From positions 1 to 32,774 of the forward strand of contig SMWS01000042.1 in NCBI GenBank assembly GCA_004356685.1: a stretch of 32,774 bases of DNA, written 5' to 3'. This document shows, piece after piece, positions 27,213 to 32,774 of this stretch (positions are counted from its first letter, which is position 1; every line of letters begins with the position of its first letter). The notes under the pieces were generated by a model that did no database searches, was not told the DNA's origin, and saw only the letters and a program-made list of their open reading frames with translations. Made by a program: the position numbers and the translations under genes. This stretch comes from Deltaproteobacteria bacterium (GTDB lineage: Bacteria; Desulfobacterota_D; UBA1144; Nemesobacterales; N074bin48).

Positions 27213-27342
27213 AAATATGTATTAATATTTTTATCATTTATCTTATTTTGAGAATTTAAATTATATTTTTATTGATAAGAAATACCTATTTATGTAATAT
27301 CTATAATTAACATTACTAATTTTCTGGAGGCACTCCTACACA

Positions 27343-28299
27343 ATGAGTACTACTAATCCATATGTAGCTTTAAAAGAAGAGATGGATAACTTGGTGATTG
27401 GACATGAGGATGTAAAAATGTCTTTACTTCTCGGCATAATTTCCAGAGAACATGTTTATATTGAGGGCCCCCCTGGAACTGCTAAAACAATGCTTTCTGA
27501 AATAATTTCCGGTGCTGCTCAGCTGCAGTTTTTCTTCTATCAGTTGCACAGAGATACAAGGTTATCAGAACTGATTGGCGATTTAGTAATATCTAAAGAA
27601 ACCACCGATGAAGGTGAAATAATAAAGCAAAAAATCGTAAAAGGGGGAATTCTTACAGCTGAAATATGCTTATTGGACGATATTTCAAGAGCACCCGGTG
27701 AATCACTAAATGTACTTTTACGCATATTAAATGAGAGAAAATTCTTTAAAGAATCTATACCTCTTTTAACAGCCATAGCTACCAGTAACCCAACAGCCGA
27801 TGAATATTATAATGAACCTTTAGACCCTGCAAACCTGGATAGATTTATTTTACAGATAAATGCTAAAGGGCTTTCCTATGGAAGAAAATGGGATCAGGCT
27901 TCAGAAGTAATAAAGTTATATTCTAAAAATCCAGACAGGCACGAAATTCCGAAAAGAGTAACCAGAGAATTGCTGGATACTTATTATAAAAAACTTAATT
28001 CAGTTAAAATTCCAAAAGAGATACAGGATCTATTAAAGAATTTTGTAATTACATTAATTGAAAAATATGGCTTAAATGAAACTAATTCACTTATTTCTGA
28101 TAGAACCTTCTTTGTAAAATCTTTAAAGATAATCAGATCTTACGCCCTGCTCCATGACAGGAAAAGTTGTATTCCAGAAGACCTTAAAGCTCTTAGATAT
28201 ATGACTGCTTTCAGACTTCCAGAAGAAGTTTATGCCAAGATAGACGAGATAATAGAAGAAGTAATAAGTCAAAAAAAAAAACCCAAGAAGAGCAGTTAG
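27343..28299 (+). CDS. MoxR/RavA-like AAA+ ATPase; the annotated stop lies 6 codons after an A11 tract
   Basis: 318 aa. Walker A GPPGTAKT, Walker B LLDDISRA, and LNVLLRILNERKF (sensor / arginine region typical of the MoxR class). SD GGAGG at 27327..27331. Confidence 0.8.
   Translation: MSTTNPYVALKEEMDNLVIGHEDVKMSLLLGIISREHVYIEGPPGTAKTMLSEIISGAAQLQFFFYQLHRDTRLSELIGDLVISKETTDEGEIIKQKIVKGGILTAEICLLDDISRAPGESLNVLLRILNERKFFKESIPLLTAIATSNPTADEYYNEPLDPANLDRFILQINAKGLSYGRKWDQASEVIKLYSKNPDRHEIPKRVTRELLDTYYKKLNSVKIPKEIQDLLKNFVITLIEKYGLNETNSLISDRTFFVKSLKIIRSYALLHDRKSCIPEDLKALRYMTAFRLPEEVYAKIDEIIEEVISQKKKPKKSS
28271..28281 (+). repeat. A11 homopolymer at the frame junction between the AAA+ gene and the VWA reading frame
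   Basis: Counted directly: 11 consecutive A. In the ATPase frame it reads caa aaa aaa aaa ccc. One extra A, or a -1 slip, enters the downstream open frame (acc caa gaa gag ...). Confidence 0.95.
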
Positions 28300-28673
28300 A
28301 TAATTTCGATAATAATTTCGAGTCTCAGATAGAAAATGAGGCAAGCGCCGAAGAAAAAGAAAATCAGGAATTATCTTCTGATGAGGCCGAAAAGGAAACT
28401 GATGAGCAACTTCGGGAAGCTCAAAAAACTTTCTTCGAGGCTTTAAAAGAACTCAAAGATAATATTGAGCAAGATCCAGGTTTACCCCCCCCAGATCAAA
28501 AATTCCCCAGTGTCCCTGATGGAAGAGCCGTAGAGAGTGGACAAGACGAAGATAGTGATAAATTATCCCCAGAAGCAGTTTATCCGAGTAAATCAAGTGA
28601 CCCAGGAGATGAAGATGAATACTGGGCAGGCGGGAAAAGAAATATAAATAGTGCGGATAATATCAAATCAATC
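28281..28673 (+). other. Start-less coding-like extension of the VWA reading frame (acidic, proline-containing linker)
   Basis: In the frame of the 28674 ATG there is no stop back to 28194..28196 and no ATG, GTG or TTG between 28197 and 28673. From 28281 the translation is TQEEQLDNFDNNFESQIENEASAEEKENQELSSDEAEKETDEQLREAQKTFFEALKELKDNIEQDPGLPPPDQKFPSVPDGRAVESGQDEDSDKLSPEAVYPSKSSDPGDEDEYWAGGKRNINSADNIKSI, followed by MKVLEG... Confidence 0.65.
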
Positions 28674-29477
28674 ATGAAAGTTCTTGAGGGAAATTTTCAA
28701 AGAAGTATTGCCTTACAGGCCGCCCATCCCGGAGGACAGCCAAGGAAATGGAAAAGAATGACCCATTTTGATGAATTAGAGGATATAGATCCATTTGAAG
28801 CTGTATTTTGGTGTTCATATACATCGCCCAGTTTACCGAGAGTTCACAAAAGGGAAAAAGATGTAATGGGTGGAGAAATTGCTATTCTAAGAGATGTGAG
28901 CACTTCTATGATGGGAGTTTATAGTGAATGGTCATCTTCGGTAGTAAAAGGAGTAATAGAGCTGGCAAGAACAAAAAACATGAAGGTTGGATATATCGAA
29001 TTCAACCATAAATCCTTTAAGCACTTAAGAAATAATAAATTCTTTTCAAGGGACTATAATTGGATGCTTGAAAGTGCAACTGCTACTGACTGCTCCGGAA
29101 ATACAAACTACGAAGACGCATTTAAGGATGCGTTGGCCGAATTTAAAGGAAGGGGTCTTAGAAATAAACATATATTATTCATAACTGACGGGATACCAAC
29201 CTCAGGAGATTGCGAAGTAATAGAACAAAGAAAGAAGGCTAAAAAACTAGGAGTCTGCATTCATTCAATATTTATAGGATTGAAAAATTTTCCAAGCATT
29301 CTGGATAAGATTTCCACCGAAACTCAAGGAACACAGTTTATTGCTTCTAGGAAAAACGACGGGTTCATAAGAATTCAGAGAAAAGACAAAAAATTTACTT
29401 TACCTAACATCGACAAACCGCATGTAGATCCTTTTGCTCAGGCATTTGTTCTCGCGTCTGGTGGGTCTAAACATTAA
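28674..29477 (+). CDS. von Willebrand factor A (VWA) domain protein with a complete MIDAS motif. These are minimal coordinates from the first ATG; the protein is probably longer or fused upstream.
   Basis: 267 aa from the first ATG. DxSxS (DVSTSM, nt 28893..28907), a later T (NTNYEDA) and D (FITDGIP) fit MIDAS. It is adjacent to a MoxR-class ATPase, as in the RavA/ViaA, CbbQ/CbbO and NorQ/NorD pairs. Confidence 0.8.
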   Translation: MKVLEGNFQRSIALQAAHPGGQPRKWKRMTHFDELEDIDPFEAVFWCSYTSPSLPRVHKREKDVMGGEIAILRDVSTSMMGVYSEWSSSVVKGVIELARTKNMKVGYIEFNHKSFKHLRNNKFFSRDYNWMLESATATDCSGNTNYEDAFKDALAEFKGRGLRNKHILFITDGIPTSGDCEVIEQRKKAKKLGVCIHSIFIGLKNFPSILDKISTETQGTQFIASRKNDGFIRIQRKDKKFTLPNIDKPHVDPFAQAFVLASGGSKH

Positions 29478-30499
29478 TCTCGGGATTTTTTTATCTGGTA
29501 TTTATATACAGCCATTCTATGCTCGTTATAATCTTTTGAAAAATAATGGCTTCCATTTCCCATGGAAACAAAGTATAGAAATTTAGTCTCATTGGGGTTT
29601 ATAGCTGCATGCAAAGATGCCTTACCAGGATTAGATATAGGAGTAGGCGGTAGTCCTGGGATCATATAAGTATTGTATTCAGTAAAAAGCTCCATGTCTC
29701 TCTTCCTAATATTTCCATCGAAACTATCTCCCAAGCCATAAATAATTGTAGGATCACTATCGAGCTTCATTCCAATCCTAAGTCTATTGTGAAATACAGA
29801 TGAGATTTGTGCAAGTTCGCTTTTCGATCCGGTTTCTTTTTCTATAATCGAGGCAAGCTTTATAATTTCATAGTCACTGCGCTTGTTTTCGATAGGGTAT
29901 TGTGATTTTAATTCACCGAAAACTTTTTTAAACATTCCAACCATTATTCTTGTAAACTCTTCGGGTTCGATGTCTTTCCAATAGTTGTATGTTTCTGGAA
30001 ATAAAAACCCTTCAAATGAATTAACTTCATTTCCTAATAACTCATTTTTAAAATTCTGATCCTCTAACACACTCAGGAACTGGCTTTCAGGAAATAAATT
30101 ATTTTTTTCAAATATCCCGGCAATTTGCTTTACAGTTAAACCTTCTGGAATCGTAACCTTTCTTAACTTCACCTCACCTCTTAAAAGCTTATCGGTTACT
30201 TCTTTAATTGTGATGTTTTTGGAAAACTCATATTCCCCTGCCTTCAGACTGCTCTGCAGCTTGTTAAATACCACGTAGAGAATAAACAACTTGTCGTTTA
30301 ATATGACTTTGTTTTCCTGCAGCTTTTTAGAAATTTCTTTAACACTTTCGCCCTTTTTAATCTCAACTATTTTGAGCTCAGAATTAAAAACAAACTTTTG
30401 AGTATAGTAATTAAACAAATAGAACGCGGATGTAAAAACAATAGCCGACAGGATTAATAAAAAAAAAATTATTGATCGAAATCTCATATCTAAATGCAA
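29474..30499 (-). CDS. mltG: Endolytic murein transglycosylase MltG (YceG family)
   Basis: 341 aa. N-terminal TM helix, then motifs ASIIEKE, VFHNRL..GM.L.SDPT..YG and YNTY...GLPP.PI.NPG. Confidence 0.9.
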   Translation of the reverse strand: MHLDMRFRSIIFFLLILSAIVFTSAFYLFNYYTQKFVFNSELKIVEIKKGESVKEISKKLQENKVILNDKLFILYVVFNKLQSSLKAGEYEFSKNITIKEVTDKLLRGEVKLRKVTIPEGLTVKQIAGIFEKNNLFPESQFLSVLEDQNFKNELLGNEVNSFEGFLFPETYNYWKDIEPEEFTRIMVGMFKKVFGELKSQYPIENKRSDYEIIKLASIIEKETGSKSELAQISSVFHNRLRIGMKLDSDPTIIYGLGDSFDGNIRKRDMELFTEYNTYMIPGLPPTPISNPGKASLHAAINPNETKFLYFVSMGNGSHYFSKDYNEHRMAVYKYQIKKSRD

Positions 30500-30511
30500 C
30501 CTAAGAAAAAT

Positions 30512-31645
30512 TTAAAGAACAACTAAGTCATCTCTGTTAATAATTTCATCGCTGTACTTGTATCCAAGAATTTTTTGTATATTAGAAGTTTTTTGACCAG
30601 CTAACTTTTTTATATCCGAAGCGCTGTATGAAGTTAAACCCCTCGCGACTTCATTCCCATCTCCGTCAACACACAAAACTAATTCTCCTATATCAAAATC
30701 TCCTTCTACACTTTTTATTCCTGATGGCAAAAGGCTTTTCCCAGAGTCTGTAATGGCTTTTTTTGCTCCATCATCTATAGATATTTTCCCCATTGGTTTA
30801 AGTGCATAAGCAATCCAGTGTTTTCTGCCGGTTAGCTTTTCTAAAGACGGCAAAAAGAATGTGCCGATATCTTGACCATCAAAAATTCCAGAAATATTGG
30901 ACGGGATTTTCCCGTTTGCAATTATTGTAGGCACGCCAAAAGCAGCTGCACTTTTTACAGCCTGAATTTTTGTTACCATTCCGCCGGTTGTGGTTTTGCC
31001 ATAAGTCTTACCTGCATATTTTTCTATATCACCATTTACTTCTTTTATTAAACTAAGAAGCCGGGCGTCCTTATTTTTATTTGGATCACCGCTGAAAAGT
31101 CCGTCTATATTTGTTAATAAAATAAGCAGATCACCTTCTATCAGACTTATGACAAGAGCAGCGAGGTTATCATTATCACCGACCATTATCTCTTCATTTG
31201 CAACTGCATCGTTTTCATTTATAACCGGAATAATCCCCATTTTCAGAAGCTTAAAAACCGTTTTCCTTGCTGTAATGAATCTTTTTCTATCAGAAAAACC
31301 TGCATGGGTAAGAAGTACCTGTGCCGTTAATTGTCCATTTTTTGAAAAGGAATTTTCGTATATGCCCATAAGTGTGTTTTGACCACATGCTGCCAAAGCC
31401 TGCTTCATCACAATATCATCAGGTTTTTTATCGATATTCAGTTTTTTCATTCCTGCGGCAATTGCTCCCGAAGATACAAGAACAACCTCTAAGCCAGAGG
31501 TTTTAATCTTAGATATTTCTGCAGCAATTAAGTCGAAGATCCCCTCATTTATCTCGCCATGCTCGTTTGTAAGAACACTGCTGCCAATTTTTATGACTAC
31601 CCTTTTTACTTTTCTTAAATAAGATTTTCTATCTGTATTGTCCAT
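30512..31645 (-). CDS. proB: Glutamate 5-kinase with a C-terminal PUA domain
   Basis: 377 aa. Motifs VVIKIGSS, VSSGAIAAG, NENDAV and GGM.TK. Confidence 0.9.
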   Translation of the reverse strand: MDNTDRKSYLRKVKRVVIKIGSSVLTNEHGEINEGIFDLIAAEISKIKTSGLEVVLVSSGAIAAGMKKLNIDKKPDDIVMKQALAACGQNTLMGIYENSFSKNGQLTAQVLLTHAGFSDRKRFITARKTVFKLLKMGIIPVINENDAVANEEIMVGDNDNLAALVISLIEGDLLILLTNIDGLFSGDPNKNKDARLLSLIKEVNGDIEKYAGKTYGKTTTGGMVTKIQAVKSAAAFGVPTIIANGKIPSNISGIFDGQDIGTFFLPSLEKLTGRKHWIAYALKPMGKISIDDGAKKAITDSGKSLLPSGIKSVEGDFDIGELVLCVDGDGNEVARGLTSYSASDIKKLAGQKTSNIQKILGYKYSDEIINRDDLVVL

Positions 31646-31719
31646 TTATTACGTATTCCTATGGTTAATTATGAGACAATTATATTAAATTTATATAGAT
31701 TATGGTGAAAAATCTAAGC

Positions 31720-31748
31720 TTGACAAGACAAATCAGTCTGGCTATCTT
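31720..31748 (+). promoter_or_regulatory. Sigma-70-type promoter for tRNA-Gly (TTGACA-17 nt-TATCTT)
   Basis: Consensus -35 TTGACA at 31720..31725, a 17-nt spacer, and -10 TATCTT at 31743..31748. The mature tRNA 5' end is 12 nt downstream. Confidence 0.55.
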
Positions 31749-31759
31749 TAAAGCTCTCT

Positions 31760-31836
31760 GCGGGAATAGCTCAGTTGGCTAGAGCGTCTGCTTGCCAAGC
31801 AGAAGGTCGCGGGTTCGAATCCCGTTTCCCGCTCCA
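31760..31836 (+). tRNA. tRNA-Gly (anticodon GCC), with encoded CCA
   Basis: Hand-folded cloverleaf: acceptor GCGGGAA/TTCCCGC, D-arm GCTC/GAGC, anticodon stem TCTGC/GCAGA with loop TTGCCAA (GCC), T-arm GCGGG-TTCGAAT-CCCGT, discriminator T, then CCA. It closely resembles E. coli tRNA-Gly(GCC). A T9 run follows. Confidence 0.9.
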
Positions 31837-31852
31837 ATTTTTTTTCCCCTAA

Positions 31853-32458
31853 TTATTGTTCAATTAAAACAAATCCATCTTCTGATTCGACTTTTTTAAT
31901 CCAATTATTTACAAATTCATATTTACTTAGGTCCATCCCGCCCTCGTACGAGAGCATTACATAGGGAAAACAAGCCATATCGGCAACTGAATAATCACCC
32001 GCAAGAAATACGTTATTACTTAGATGGTTATTTAGAATAGACAGCGTCTGCCCGCCCTGAGCTTGCAGCTTTTGCAGGTCTTCTTTTCTATATTGCCCTT
32101 CTCCTAAAAACTTCTTGTAATATCTAGCAACCGCCAGATTAGGATCGACTGAAGTTTTGCCAAAAATAAGCCACTGCATTATAAGACCATACTTTTTGGG
32201 GTCTTGAGAAAGGTACTTATTAGCTGAGTGTTTATTTGCAAGATATAGAAGTATCGCATTTGATTCCCAAAGAACAAACCCATCATCATCTAATACAGGT
32301 ATTTTTTGATTAGGATTTGTTTTTGTAAACAAATCAGTCTTATGTTCACCCTTAAATATGTCTATTTTTACTCTGTCATATTCAATTCCTAAATGACTAA
32401 GTAACAGTCTTACTTTATAACAGTTTCCGGAGAGTGGGTGGTCGTATAGTTTAATCAT
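31853..32458 (-). CDS. Glutathione S-transferase family protein
   Basis: I prefer the ATG at 32458 (MIKLYDHPLSGNCYKVR...), with an AGGA SD 7-10 nt upstream and starting 1 nt after the upstream stop codon. The track start at 32506 would overlap the upstream gene. GST N-domain features present: IPVL, ESNAIL. Confidence 0.8.
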   Translation of the reverse strand: MIKLYDHPLSGNCYKVRLLLSHLGIEYDRVKIDIFKGEHKTDLFTKTNPNQKIPVLDDDGFVLWESNAILLYLANKHSANKYLSQDPKKYGLIMQWLIFGKTSVDPNLAVARYYKKFLGEGQYRKEDLQKLQAQGGQTLSILNNHLSNNVFLAGDYSVADMACFPYVMLSYEGGMDLSKYEFVNNWIKKVESEDGFVLIEQ

Positions 32459-32459
32459 A

Positions 32460-32774
32460 TTAGTCCTGAATATAATTTTGGAATTTTTCTGTAAATCTTT
32501 CTTCACCTATTAAACTATAGAGTTTTTTCTTGTTAGGTATAAGATAGGTTACCTTGCCGGATACAGTAATTTTTTTATCCTCATCAATTATCTTAACATT
32601 TACAACTACTCTTCGACCTTTAATCGTTTTTATCTTACCTCTTATTTCAATATCCTTTAATGTCTCTACTTTTCGCTGATAATCAATCTCAATCTTAGCT
32701 GTAAGCCCTATCTTTTTTAATTTATCAAACATTGTCCAGAAAGCCACTTCATCCATTAAAGCGCACTGTATCCC
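32460..32774 (-). CDS. Hotdog-fold thioesterase (PaaI-like), 5'-truncated by the window edge
   Basis: The frame stays open to the window end (..GIQCALMDEVAFW..). The long beta-sheet C-terminal pattern (GRRVVVNVKI.DEDKK..VSGKVTY) is typical of PaaI/YbgC-type hotdog proteins. Confidence 0.5.
   Translation of the reverse strand, partial: GIQCALMDEVAFWTMFDKLKKIGLTAKIEIDYQRKVETLKDIEIRGKIKTIKGRRVVVNVKIIDEDKKITVSGKVTYLIPNKKKLYSLIGEERFTEKFQNYIQD

Noticed and set aside
27213-27240. AT-only inverted repeat (aaaatat...atatttt) after glyS, considered as a possible terminator.
   Set aside because: The stem is entirely A/T and short. Such pairings are ubiquitous in this composition.
28485-28492. C8 homopolymer inside the acidic linker, considered as a second slippage site.
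   Set aside because: It reads through in frame (L-P-P-P-D) with open frame on both sides, so no frame problem needs explaining. I note it only as another error-prone run to check in the reads.
31760-31852. tRNA-Gly considered as an island integration site.
   Set aside because: I found no duplicated tRNA 3' fragment or integrase in the flanking sequence. The neighbours (proB, GST) look ordinary.

Overview
Visibly AT-rich bacterial chromosomal segment, densely packed and mostly housekeeping. It carries nth, argC, eda, glgA, coaX, miaB, trmFO, glyQS, mltG, proB and tRNA-Gly(GCC). It also carries a type IV pilus block in the order pilB-pilT-pilC-pilS-pilR on the minus strand, which is the Geobacter/Myxococcus-type order. 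I found no CRISPR array, transposase, integrase or rRNA. Four places deserve a second look. (1) A MoxR/RavA-like AAA+ gene and a downstream VWA (MIDAS) gene are bridged by a 159-codon open frame that has no ATG, GTG or TTG. That frame is entered only by a -1 shift at an A11 homopolymer. The predicted fusion is AAA+, then an acidic proline-containing linker, then VWA, which is the Mg-chelatase ChlD/BchD layout. This is a candidate slippage or frameshift gene, or else a homopolymer sequencing error. (2) A roughly 0.7 kb two-gene cassette (a small protein plus a minimal nucleotidyltransferase-fold protein, overlapping by 50 nt) is bracketed by a diverged direct repeat of the last 43 codons of nth. 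It has a perfect extended -10 placed to give a leaderless transcript. This looks like an integration scar that displaced the gene's 3' end. (3) A near-consensus sigma-54 -24/-12 promoter lies just upstream of pilB. That would place the operon encoding the sigma-54 activator PilR under sigma-54 control. The pilin gene expected after pilR is absent. (4) argC is tightly coupled to an adenylate-forming ligase and a dedicated acyl carrier protein. All functional calls come from motif recognition by eye; no database searches were run.
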